Source: a bacterium (GTDB taxonomy: Bacteria > Zhuqueibacterota > Zhuqueibacteria > Oceanimicrobiales > Oceanimicrobiaceae). Taken from it: a stretch of 38,158 nucleotides of DNA. The translations under genes and the position numbers were made by a program. Location of the stretch: positions 1 through 38,158 of the forward strand of contig JBHHXN010000031.1 in assembly GCA_046757025.1 (NCBI GenBank), written 5' to 3'. Positions 10,519 through 19,396 of the stretch are shown piece after piece (within the stretch, counting starts at the first letter, position 1; every line of letters starts with the position of its first letter). Under the pieces are notes generated by a model, which saw nothing but the letters and a program-made list of their open reading frames with translations, was not told where the DNA came from and ran no database searches.

Positions 10519-11502
10519 CTACACTGCTTGCAACCGGCGAGGGGCTTGTTTTTCGAACACCACACTCGGATGTTCAGAAACATCCTCGTCCAGAGCGGCT
10601 TTGAGTGCGACCATCGCGACTTCGAGCTGCTGCTCATCCGGCTCTTTGGTGGTGATTCTTTGCAACCAGAGACCCGGAACGATGAATGGCCGCCAAAAGC
10701 GAGATTTCGAGCCGCTATCTGATAACCGGATGAGCTCATAAGAAAGCCCCCCGATTAGAGGAATAAAAGCCAGTCTAAACAAACGATCACCCACATCGGT
10801 CGGTTTGCCCAGAAACATAAACACGAAAATACTGACCAGCATCACGATCAGTAAAAAACTCGTGCCGCAGCGTGGATGAAATCGCGAGAGGGGTTTTGCT
10901 TCCGCCGGCATCAATTTCTTTTTCAATTCAAATGCGAAAATACTCTTATGCTCTGCGCCATGATATTCGAATATTCGGCGAATATCTTTCATCATGGTTA
11001 TGGCCAAAAGATAAACAAGAAAAATCACCATACGCAAAACGCCATCTACCAGATTAAACATAATGCCGGTTTTAGCACCCAGCAAGTCGGTCAAAATCAA
11101 GGGCACGTAGAAAAAGATCAGCAAGCCAATGGCAAAGGAAAATAAAACCGTCAACGCCAGCCACACTTTGGACAGAGCAGATTTATTTGAGGTTTTTTCG
11201 TACTCTTTTCCGTTGCTTTGGCCGTTTTTTTTCTTCTCATCTTCTACTGCCACATCCCCGGAAAAGGACAAGGCTTTTACCCCCAACACCAGAGATTCAA
11301 TTAAAACCACCGCGCCGCGCAAAATCGGCCAGGATAAGATTTTACTTTTCTTCGACAACGAAGTAAACGGTTGTTTGCGTACATAGATGCTGCCATCCTG
11401 TCTGCGTACGGCCACAGAGTAAGCCTCGTTAGAACGCATCATCACCCCTTCGATGACTGCCTGCCCACCAACTTGTATTGTTTTTTTACTCATAACGAAC
11501 AC
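10519..11502 (-). CDS. DUF1385 family membrane protein (YqhQ-like)
   Basis: VGGQAVIEGVMMR, FEYHGAEHK, HPRCGTSF, PGLWLQRITTKEP; typical position between rpmE and prfA. Confidence 0.92.
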   Translation of the reverse strand: MFVMSKKTIQVGGQAVIEGVMMRSNEAYSVAVRRQDGSIYVRKQPFTSLSKKSKILSWPILRGAVVLIESLVLGVKALSFSGDVAVEDEKKKNGQSNGKEYEKTSNKSALSKVWLALTVLFSFAIGLLIFFYVPLILTDLLGAKTGIMFNLVDGVLRMVIFLVYLLAITMMKDIRRIFEYHGAEHKSIFAFELKKKLMPAEAKPLSRFHPRCGTSFLLIVMLVSIFVFMFLGKPTDVGDRLFRLAFIPLIGGLSYELIRLSDSGSKSRFWRPFIVPGLWLQRITTKEPDEQQLEVAMVALKAALDEDVSEHPSVVFEKQAPRRLQAV

Positions 11503-11531
11503 GACTTAAATTATTGCAATTTACTACAGAC

Positions 11532-11572
11532 AAAAAAAACGGAATGGGCCAAAGTCGGCACACATTCCGTTT
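11532..11572 (-). terminator. Intrinsic terminator after rpmE
   Basis: Minus strand AAACGGAATG...CATTCCGTTT stem followed by a run of 8 U. Confidence 0.75.
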
Positions 11573-11591
11573 GTATTTTTCACAAGAATCG

Positions 11592-11882
11592 CTAAGCTTC
11601 GGTTACGACATCTTCTTTATCTTCTACTTCAGAACTGGTTTTCTTAGGGGTTTCCGTGGTTTTTTGCGTCTTCTTTTTTTCGTCGCCCAAACCATACTTT
11701 TGCATAAATTTTTCAACCCGACCTGCTGAATCAACTAATTTTTGCTTGCCTGTGAAAAACGGATGACAGGCAGAACAAATTTCAACTTTAATATCGCCAA
11801 CGGTGGAGCGAACCTGAAAAGAATTGCCGCAAGCGCATTGTACCATTCCCAATTTATATTCTGGATGAATATCGGTTTTCAC
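11592..11882 (-). CDS. rpmE: 50S ribosomal protein L31, zinc-binding type, with C-terminal extension
   Basis: [14 protein letters not shown]...[27 protein letters not shown] start with an AAGGAG RBS. Confidence 0.96.
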   Translation of the reverse strand: MKTDIHPEYKLGMVQCACGNSFQVRSTVGDIKVEICSACHPFFTGKQKLVDSAGRVEKFMQKYGLGDEKKKTQKTTETPKKTSSEVEDKEDVVTEA

Positions 11883-11955
11883 TTTGTTCTCCTTAAAAAA
11901 TACCAGATAATTTTCTTAATACACTTTCTTACTTACCCATAAATATCAAACGCTT

Positions 11956-11984
11956 AATATACAGAAAAATGTGTTCAAAAGCAA
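11956..11984 (-). promoter_or_regulatory. Putative sigma-70 promoter for rpmE
   Basis: Minus strand TTGCTT-17 bp-TATATT, about 75 bp upstream of the start codon. Confidence 0.5.
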
Positions 11985-12159
11985 GATATTTATCCGTCAG
12001 TTCTTAAAACTCACTAACGATGAGGAGGCCTGTCAGACTCTTTGCAACTGCCTCAAAGTCAAATCTGAGAAAAGCATGTCAGACTGGAACGGCCCACCGA
12101 ACAGCGACTCTTTTGCATGTAAAAAACAGGAATAAGGGAGAATTTAAATCGGTCAATAT

Positions 12160-13407
12160 TTAGGTATTCATGGACTCCAAAAAATCTCGGTTGGTTTTTG
12201 TACCGCGCATTCTTTCCAGGAGAAATTCCATGGCTTCGACTGGTGTCAGCTCGGCCAGGAATTTGCGCAGAATCCAAACACGATTCAATTCAAATTCGTC
12301 CAAAAGCAGTTCCTCTTTTCTGGTGCCCGATTTGTTGACATCGATGGCTGGGAAAATTCTGCGGTCAGAGAGGCGGCGGTCTAATTGCAGCTCCATGTTG
12401 CCGGTGCCTTTGAATTCCTCGAAAATCACTTCGTCCATTCTGCTGCCGGTGTCGATGAGGGCGGTGGCAATGATGGTTAAACTACCGCCTTCTTCGATGT
12501 TTCGAGCGGCGCCGAAAAAACGCTTGGGTCGTTCCAGAGCCGTCGCGTCTAAACCACCCGACAAAATTTTACCGCTGTGCGGTACCACGGAGTTATGCGC
12601 ACGCGCCAGACGCGTGATACTGTCCAACAAGATAACGACATCCTGCTCAAATTCGACCAGTCTTTTAGCTTTTTCCAGCACCATATCGGCAACCTGTACA
12701 TGACGATCCGGTGGCTCATCAAACGTCGAGCTGATGACCTCCGCTTTTACAGAGCGTTCCATGTCCGTGACTTCTTCGGGGCGTTCATCTATCAGCAGCA
12801 CGATCAATTTAATTTCAGGATGATTGTCTGTGATGGCGTTGGCGATTTTTTGAAGCAAAATGGTTTTACCGGTTTTGGGCTGCGCCACGATCAAGCCACG
12901 TTGCCCTTTGCCAATGGGGGTTAATAAATTCATTACTCTGGATGAATAATCTTTTCTCACGTGTTCAAGATTTATTTTCTCATCCGGATAAAGCGGTGTC
13001 AGATTATCGAATAGGATTTTCTTTTTGGCTTCCTCTGGATTTTCAAAATTGACAGCTTCAACTTTTAAAAGCGCAAAAAACCGCTCACTTTCTTTGGGCG
13101 GCCGAATCTGCCCGGAAACGGTGTCGCCCGTGCGCAGACCAAATCTTTTTATCTGGGAAGGAGAAACATAAATATCATCCGGACCGGGCAGATAATTGTA
13201 ATCGGGCGATCTCAAGAAACCGTATCCATCCGGCAAGACTTCAAGAACGCCCTCGGCAAAGATCAGTCCCTCCTGTTTGGTTTGCTCCTCCAAAATACGG
13301 AAAATCAACTCTTGTTTTTTTAATCCCGAGGCTCCTGTCACATTCAGCTCTTGCGCCATTTTTGTAAGTTCAGAAATTTTTTTCGATTTCAGTTCAACAA
13401 TTTCCAT
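12160..13407 (-). CDS. rho: Transcription termination factor Rho
   Basis: [66 protein letters not shown]; compact 415-aa form. Confidence 0.98.
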   Translation of the reverse strand: MEIVELKSKKISELTKMAQELNVTGASGLKKQELIFRILEEQTKQEGLIFAEGVLEVLPDGYGFLRSPDYNYLPGPDDIYVSPSQIKRFGLRTGDTVSGQIRPPKESERFFALLKVEAVNFENPEEAKKKILFDNLTPLYPDEKINLEHVRKDYSSRVMNLLTPIGKGQRGLIVAQPKTGKTILLQKIANAITDNHPEIKLIVLLIDERPEEVTDMERSVKAEVISSTFDEPPDRHVQVADMVLEKAKRLVEFEQDVVILLDSITRLARAHNSVVPHSGKILSGGLDATALERPKRFFGAARNIEEGGSLTIIATALIDTGSRMDEVIFEEFKGTGNMELQLDRRLSDRRIFPAIDVNKSGTRKEELLLDEFELNRVWILRKFLAELTPVEAMEFLLERMRGTKTNRDFLESMNT

Positions 13408-13486
13408 AATAATCCGTCCTCAAATTGTTAATTTTATTAATTTGAAATTTGATATACAAAAAATTAGTTACAAAACTATCTATTTA

Positions 13487-13641
13487 GTGTCTGAACGAAA
13501 ACTACCCAATCTTCCCGAAGACCTCCTGGTTGAGGGTGAATTCCTGCTTAGCTCGGTGGAGCCTGTCCTGAGCTTTGTCGAAAGGACGCCTTCGCGAAGA
13601 GGTTTAGAAATCGTGCATTTTTCGAGTTTTCATTCAGACAC
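13487..13641. mobile_element. MITE-like element, family A copy 1, with 6-bp target duplication TATTTA and a 25-nt internal insertion
   Basis: Ends GTGTCTGAACGAAAACT and AGTTTTCATTCAGACAC (17-bp inverted repeat, 1 mismatch). TATTTA lies at 13481-13486 and 13642-13647. Homologous to 26417-26546. Confidence 0.8.
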
Positions 13642-14161
13642 TATTTATGGTTTAAAAAAGAGCGCTGGGCTTAAAGGCTTTTGCGTAAGTTGAGGTTTTA
13701 CTTAAGGCAGTGACGATATTAAATCTTTTGCTACGGTCCAACCTTTAAATGTGCAATTAACATGTTAAATTCCTGGGAACTCTTCTCAAAATAAAACTCT
13801 TTATTTTGAAGTTTGTTGCAGAGGCAGGAGCAGACTTAAAGTATATTTTATTTCACTTCACTCAATAACGGTCAACCCCAATTAAACGAATCATTTTGCT
13901 TTTAAATTACCCTAAAATCTATCACATTCAGTGAAATGATAACAAAAATACCACTAATTTATTCCAGAAGTGTCAGTCAGGTATCAATTTATTATTCGGT
14001 AAATTTAATCTCAACTGAAATTCACACATAATTCTTTAATAAAATTTCAATAGACTGCAGGTAAAATTGACAAGAATGGTTGACGGGAATAATAATCGTT
14101 GGGATTACTTGAATAGACCAGGTTTAACTTTTCACGAATGTAAAAAATAATATTTAATTTG

Positions 14162-15433
14162 TCAAGCGTTTTTGTAAAAATTTATAAATTCTCCCACTGT
14201 ATAGTGCGAACCCGTGACACAAATCACATTGTTTTCGCTGGAAACGGATTTGACCAAAGAAAAAGCCTCTTGCATTCTCTCACAAATCAGGAAAGATGAG
14301 GTATGTTTGGCCATTTCCTCGCCAAGATGTAAAACTGAAAGTGCACGGTCAGCCTGCGGACTCACTACCACGGTATAATACGCAATCGCAGCAATTTGTT
14401 TAGCAATGTCCCGATAGTTTTTGTCTTGTAGCATACCGAGCACGAAGATCAATCGGCGGTCTTCATAAAATGATTTTAATGCGGCAATTAAGCGGATTAT
14501 GGACGGCAAATTATGTGCAACATCCAAAATAATTTTGGGCGCCTCACTCCAGATTTGAAATCGCCCTGCCCATTGAACATTTTGCAAACCGGCTCGAACA
14601 TGCTCATCAGTAAAGACGATTTTTTCCGCCAACAGGCTGACCGCGGTTACGGCCATGGCCGCGTTTCGAATTTGATGTTCGGTTGCCAAGGCAATTTTGA
14701 CTTCCTCTAGTACCCGGTTCGTCAGTTTCAAGTTTGCGATGGAATACTTTTCATCAACTTCATCTATGGTAACCTGACAGAGCTCATCTAGCTGAACAAA
14801 TTTAGAGCCGGTTACTCTGGCCTGCTCCAGAATTACACTCTTGCTTTCGGCGTCTTCAACCCCGCATAAGCAAGGAATATGTGGTTTGATTATACCGGCT
14901 TTTTCGGCCGCTATCATTCTTTTAGTCTGGCCCAGATGTTCTGTATGGTCCAAATCAATGTTGGTAATCACGCTCAATAACGGGCGGATGACATTGGTGG
15001 CATCAAATCGCCCACCCAGGCCGACTTCAACGATAGCCAAATCCACTTCGGAATCTGCAAAACATTGAAAGGCAATGGCGGTCATCACTTCGAAATACGT
15101 ACAGCCATACTCTTCTACTTTTGGTTTTATCTTCTGGAGAACATCCACGAACGTGCTCAGTGAAACCGGCACCGCGTTGATCTTGATTCGTTCGGTAAAA
15201 TGACAAAGATGCGGTGAAGTAAACAGGCCGGTTTTGTAGCCAGCTTCACTTACGATAGATTCGATCATCGCCGCGGTGGAACCTTTGCCGTTGGTGCCGG
15301 CGATATGAATACTTGGAAATGTTTCATGCGGATTGCCCATATCCGCCAAAAGTTTCGAAATATTCACCAGGCCCAGGCGCCAGCCAAATCGGTGAAGCCC
15401 GTCAAAAAATTTGATTGTATCATTTTTACACAT
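14162..15433 (-). CDS. folC: Bifunctional folylpolyglutamate synthase / dihydrofolate synthase
   Basis: IHIAGTNGKGST, FTSPHL, EVGLGGRFDATN, DHTEHLG, EKAGIIK, WAGRFQ, DVAHN, VTGSHY. Confidence 0.96.
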   Translation of the reverse strand: MCKNDTIKFFDGLHRFGWRLGLVNISKLLADMGNPHETFPSIHIAGTNGKGSTAAMIESIVSEAGYKTGLFTSPHLCHFTERIKINAVPVSLSTFVDVLQKIKPKVEEYGCTYFEVMTAIAFQCFADSEVDLAIVEVGLGGRFDATNVIRPLLSVITNIDLDHTEHLGQTKRMIAAEKAGIIKPHIPCLCGVEDAESKSVILEQARVTGSKFVQLDELCQVTIDEVDEKYSIANLKLTNRVLEEVKIALATEHQIRNAAMAVTAVSLLAEKIVFTDEHVRAGLQNVQWAGRFQIWSEAPKIILDVAHNLPSIIRLIAALKSFYEDRRLIFVLGMLQDKNYRDIAKQIAAIAYYTVVVSPQADRALSVLHLGEEMAKHTSSFLICERMQEAFSLVKSVSSENNVICVTGSHYTVGEFINFYKNA

Positions 15434-15458
15434 ATTGCATGGAAACCATTCATGCGCT

Positions 15459-15495
15459 GTGCAATATTTTACCTAATTGAGGTAATATTTTGCAC
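15459..15495. promoter_or_regulatory. Dyad-symmetric site, candidate enhancer (UAS) for a sigma-54 activator
   Basis: GTGCAATATTTTACCT-aattg-AGGTAATATTTTGCAC: 16-bp arms with 2 mismatches, about 185-220 bp upstream of the -24/-12 element at 15679. Confidence 0.55.
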
Positions 15496-15678
15496 TTTAG
15501 CAACAAAAGCGCAATTCTATTGTAATTAAATTAAATAATAAAGAGTTATTTCAAAAAGTTCATTAATATTTTCATCTGTTAATTTCATTAAACTTAGAAT
15601 AAGAAATATCGACCGATTTCTTTGTGCGTCCTCCTCTGCTTTATCCAAAAGGGCATAATGCTTAATAAAATAAGTAAT

Positions 15679-15694
15679 TGGCATATATTTTGCA
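15679..15694 (+). promoter_or_regulatory. Sigma-54 (-24/-12) promoter upstream of the TonB-dependent receptor
   Basis: TGGCATATATTTTGCA, i.e. GG-N10-GC, closely matching TGGCAC-N5-TTGCW. Confidence 0.75.
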
Positions 15695-15728
15695 AAATTT
15701 TTATCACATCCCATGAAGTAAAAACCTT

Positions 15729-18254
15729 TTGTTTGTCAGGACGAATTCTTTGGTTAAGAGAATCTACAAATCGATATTGTTGCCATTCCTTTCCCTGGCG
15801 GTTGCCTTTCCACTATTTGGGGGAATTACCGGCACCATTTCTGGATCCATTTCGGATAAAGAGACCGGACTGGCTTTGCCCGGCGCCGCCATCTTAGTGG
15901 AAGGTACGACTATGGGCGCCATGGCCGATAAAAACGGATTCTACATCATCCAAAATTTACCAGCCGGCACCTATGATGTCAGCGTCAGCATGATCGGCTA
16001 TTCAAAATTTACCGTCAAGAACGTCCGTGTAAATGTTGACCGGATTACCGAACAGAACTTCTATTTGACTACCATCGTGCTTCCGCTGGAGGAAGTGGTG
16101 GTCATTAAAAATCGCGAGCTCATTCAAAGCGACATCACCTCATCCACTTATTTTATTTCCGGCAGCGAAATTACTGAAAAGCTACCTGTGGATTCGTACC
16201 AGGATGTCATCGGTTTGCTGCCCGGCGTCGTAGGCAATCATTTCAGAGGCGGCCGGGAAACCGATGTGGTTTACATGCTGGACGGGCTGCCAATTCAAGG
16301 CGGCCTGTCACGGGAAATTTCAAGCTCGTTTCCCAACAGCTCCATCGTTGAAATGATGGTGCAAACCGGAGGTTTTACCGCTGAATATGGGCAAGCGTCT
16401 TCTGGCATCGTGAATGTGGTAACCAAAGACGGCCGCAACAAAGTTGAAGGGGAAGTTAAAATTTATTCTGATTTCATCGACACCGGTTTAACCGGTAACG
16501 ACAACACCCGCAGACTGGATTTTAACATCGGCGGCCCGCTGACCATGGGACTGGGCGGTCCGCTGATAAATGCCAATTATTTTATCTCGGCCGATCTGAA
16601 TCTCAGCGATACGCCGTTTGGTGATCAAATGCGCAAATCGTTCGACTCGCCAATTTTTCAAAATTACAACTTCAACTCCAAGCTCTCCTTTGACATCGGC
16701 AAAAGTACGATACTGACATTTCAGGGATTGCTCTCCAACTGGAGATGGCGCAAGTTTGATCCGCAGTGGGAACTGAACCTGAGCGGCCTGGCTGAGCACA
16801 GACATTACAGCCATCGCCTAAGTGCCTCGTTAACTCATACTTTTAGTCCAAGTTTCTTTACTTCCTTGCGAATGGCCAACTACTCATACAAACGTACCAT
16901 TTCCGGCGACGTTGAACAGGATCCACCGGATCTGATTTTTGAAGATCCGAACGATCCCACCAGTCGCATTGTAAGCGGTGCACAGCCCTGGCAGGAAACA
17001 ACCCATGAGAATGTGAGCATCGTCAAACTCGATCTGGTAGGAAAAATCAACTCGCACCATTTTGTCAAAACCGGCATCGATTTTCAAAGTTACCATTTGA
17101 ACTCGAGCAATACGCGTTTCAACGCGCTTTCTTCACTGGGCTCAATCCCAGGCATCACGTTCAATAAATTCACCGATGACTTTGAGTTTTCTCCGAGATT
17201 TTTTGGCTTTTATGTTCAAGATAAAATCGAATTCAATGGAATTACAGCCAATCTCGGTTTACGTTATGATATCTTTGCTCCCAGAATAAAAGTCAAAGAA
17301 ATTCCCCAGGAATTTCAGGATTTGCGGAACGCTTTGCGTGCCCCGGCATCCAAAACCCGCACCGTCCAACATACCCCTTTTTCACCACGGTTGGGGATTT
17401 CCATTCCGCTTTCGGACTTGGAGCGGTTACATGTCAACTACGGCTGGTATTATCAAATGCCGCCTTTGTACTACCTCTATACGAATGCCGAACACTCAAT
17501 AAACAGCTATTTGCCATTTGTCGGCAATCTCGGTCTGGAGCCTTCCAAAACCACTTCTTCCGAGTTCAGCTACAAGCGAATCGTGGCCAATAACCTACTC
17601 CTGGTGATCACCGGGTTCACCAAGCAGTTCGAGAATTTAGTGGACACCCGCTCATTTTTACTGTCCGATAGTTTGATCACCTCGGAAACCAAAACCGTGG
17701 GTTTCACGCGCTACACAAATTCAGCCCGCGGGCGTGCTTCCGGCTTCGAAATCACTCTGCAAAAGCGGTTTACGACGGCCTTTTCTGGCCGAATCAGTTA
17801 CACCTATATGAAAGCAAAAGGCACGAGTTCCCAAGCCGAAGACCGATTTAATCTGGCCATTACCGGCGCACCGCCTCCGGAAGAACAGGAATTTCCTCTG
17901 AGCTGGGATCAGCGTCATTCCTTGATCATGGATGCTGATTTTGAAAACGTAAAAATGAAAATCAACATCCTGTATCGATTATTCAGCCCTTTGCCATTTA
18001 CCACACCCGGTAGCGAAACGCCCAACAATGAGCGCCTGTCGTGGCGGAATCTTTTAGATATAAAAATAAAACTCAAATCTTTGAATATTTTGCAGGGCAA
18101 ATTGCAGCCATTTATTGAAGTTCGAAATCTGTTTAACGAAAAAAATATCATCAATCAGATCGACGATTCCGGAATCCGAGCTTACAGATTGTTCGATCCC
18201 ATCAATTCGGATCACGGCCGGCGGCTCCGAATTGGCGTCACGCTACGCATGTAA
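15729..18254 (+). CDS. TonB-dependent receptor with N-terminal carboxypeptidase-regulatory-like domain
   Basis: GTISGSISDKETGLALPGAAILVEGT, plug motifs LPGVV..FRGGR..V.YMLDG and GGFTAEYG.ASSGIVNVVTK, barrel motifs NLGLRYD, FSPRLG, PLSWDQRH and RNLFN. Start may be the TTG at 15750 (AGGA upstream). Confidence 0.92.
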   Translation: MFVRTNSLVKRIYKSILLPFLSLAVAFPLFGGITGTISGSISDKETGLALPGAAILVEGTTMGAMADKNGFYIIQNLPAGTYDVSVSMIGYSKFTVKNVRVNVDRITEQNFYLTTIVLPLEEVVVIKNRELIQSDITSSTYFISGSEITEKLPVDSYQDVIGLLPGVVGNHFRGGRETDVVYMLDGLPIQGGLSREISSSFPNSSIVEMMVQTGGFTAEYGQASSGIVNVVTKDGRNKVEGEVKIYSDFIDTGLTGNDNTRRLDFNIGGPLTMGLGGPLINANYFISADLNLSDTPFGDQMRKSFDSPIFQNYNFNSKLSFDIGKSTILTFQGLLSNWRWRKFDPQWELNLSGLAEHRHYSHRLSASLTHTFSPSFFTSLRMANYSYKRTISGDVEQDPPDLIFEDPNDPTSRIVSGAQPWQETTHENVSIVKLDLVGKINSHHFVKTGIDFQSYHLNSSNTRFNALSSLGSIPGITFNKFTDDFEFSPRFFGFYVQDKIEFNGITANLGLRYDIFAPRIKVKEIPQEFQDLRNALRAPASKTRTVQHTPFSPRLGISIPLSDLERLHVNYGWYYQMPPLYYLYTNAEHSINSYLPFVGNLGLEPSKTTSSEFSYKRIVANNLLLVITGFTKQFENLVDTRSFLLSDSLITSETKTVGFTRYTNSARGRASGFEITLQKRFTTAFSGRISYTYMKAKGTSSQAEDRFNLAITGAPPPEEQEFPLSWDQRHSLIMDADFENVKMKINILYRLFSPLPFTTPGSETPNNERLSWRNLLDIKIKLKSLNILQGKLQPFIEVRNLFNEKNIINQIDDSGIRAYRLFDPINSDHGRRLRIGVTLRM

Positions 18255-18338
18255 CCCCAGGCACGCCGGAGCCTTCGCATAAATTAAGATCCGCGTTTTA
18301 AAATTTCAGGCGTATTTAGAAATAAAATTAAACAATCA

Positions 18339-18373
18339 AAAAAGCCTATCAGCGAAAAGTTGACAGGCTTTTT
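18339..18373. terminator. Bidirectional intrinsic terminator between the convergent receptor and sod genes
   Basis: AAAAAGCCTATCAGC-gaaaa-GTTGACAGGCTTTTT stem with A/T tails on both sides. Confidence 0.75.
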
Positions 18374-18401
18374 CAGTTTTAAAGACTTTCTATGGTGGAG
18401 G

Positions 18402-19028
18402 CTACTTTACAAATTTATTGTAGCGGTCGTTAATTCGGCCCCAATGCAAGTTATTTAAAAAATTATCGATGTACTTTGCCCGGCCTGGACCGTCTTTGTG
18501 ATAATAAGCGTGTTCAAAGACATCACAGGAAATCAGCGGGATGCCGCCCCAGATGGCGCCGTACTGGTGCTCATCCACTAACACATTGATGAGTCTTTGA
18601 GAATACAGTGCGTCATAAACCAACAAACCCCAACCGCTCAATTTCGCGGCGAAAGCCGTGGCTTTGAAGTCCGCTTTCCAATTGTCCACGGAGCCAAAGT
18701 GATTTTCAATGGCTGCTTTTATGGCGGGACCTTTGTCCACATCGCCATCGCCCCCCATCACTTCCCAATAAACATCGTGCAATAAAGCACCGGCATGATT
18801 CCAGGTGAATCTTCTCTTTAATTCGCCAAACTCACTCCAATTGCCATTGGCGGCGCCGACATCCGCGCCAGTCAGCCCTTGTTCAATTTTATTTAAAAAA
18901 GTGACATACCCTTTGTGATGTGTATTATAATGCCAATCCGTGGTCTCTGGAGACACGACCTCTTTCAACAGCTCCCTGGCTTCCTCATCCGAATAAGGCC
19001 TTGCATTGAATTTCCATTCATATGCCAT
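18402..19028 (-). CDS. sod: Fe/Mn superoxide dismutase
   Basis: HYNTHHKGYV, LLHDVYW, FGSVDNWKADF, SGWGLLVYD, DVFEHAYY; AGGAGG RBS. Confidence 0.9.
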   Translation of the reverse strand: MAYEWKFNARPYSDEEARELLKEVVSPETTDWHYNTHHKGYVTFLNKIEQGLTGADVGAANGNWSEFGELKRRFTWNHAGALLHDVYWEVMGGDGDVDKGPAIKAAIENHFGSVDNWKADFKATAFAAKLSGWGLLVYDALYSQRLINVLVDEHQYGAIWGGIPLISCDVFEHAYYHKDGPGRAKYIDNFLNNLHWGRINDRYNKFVK

Positions 19029-19314
19029 AATTTTACCTCCTTTGAAAATGTATTTAAAAATGAAAAATTTTTAGTTTAATTAAAATCCTTTTAAATATAA
19101 CAGATATTTCCACTAAATCAATTAAATAACTCAATTTTCGTACTTATCTGAATTTTTGTTTTTTTTTACTCGATTTACTGGAGAAATATCGACATAAATT
19201 TGTAAATAATAAAATGATAACGATGCATTCCATTTCGAGCAGTTTTGCCGTGGGATTAAGTTTTTCCATCTGTTTCGAGCTTTTTGGCCCTGCTTGAAAA
19301 AGACGAAAATAATC

Positions 19315-19396
19315 TGGCCACTGATTATCCCGGATGAACGCGGATTTTTAAGCAGAAAAAGAGAATCCGTGTTCAATCTGTGTCAACCCGTGGCTA
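19315..19396. repeat. Imperfect inverted repeat built from ~10-bp CACGGAT-like subunits
   Basis: TGGCCACTGATTATCCCGGATGAACGCGGAT pairs imperfectly with ATCCGTGTTCAATCTGTGTCAACCCGTGGCTA. Confidence 0.55.

Noticed and set aside
9792..12703. Long antisense ORFs opposite prfA and rho, and similar ones opposite porU and the kinase
   Set aside because: These are shadow frames of strongly conserved genes.
13277..13693. Plus-strand ORF sharing the peptide VSE...P.L.E.LL.EG.FLLSS.E with the ORF at 26333-26674
   Set aside because: The similarity comes from the shared family A repeat. By hand, about 9 codons differ non-synonymously against about 4 synonymously, and the 25-nt insert shifts the frame, so there is no sign of coding constraint.
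19200..19232. Fur-box-like AAATGATAACGAT upstream of sod
   Set aside because: Only a half-site match in very AT-rich DNA; not supportable.
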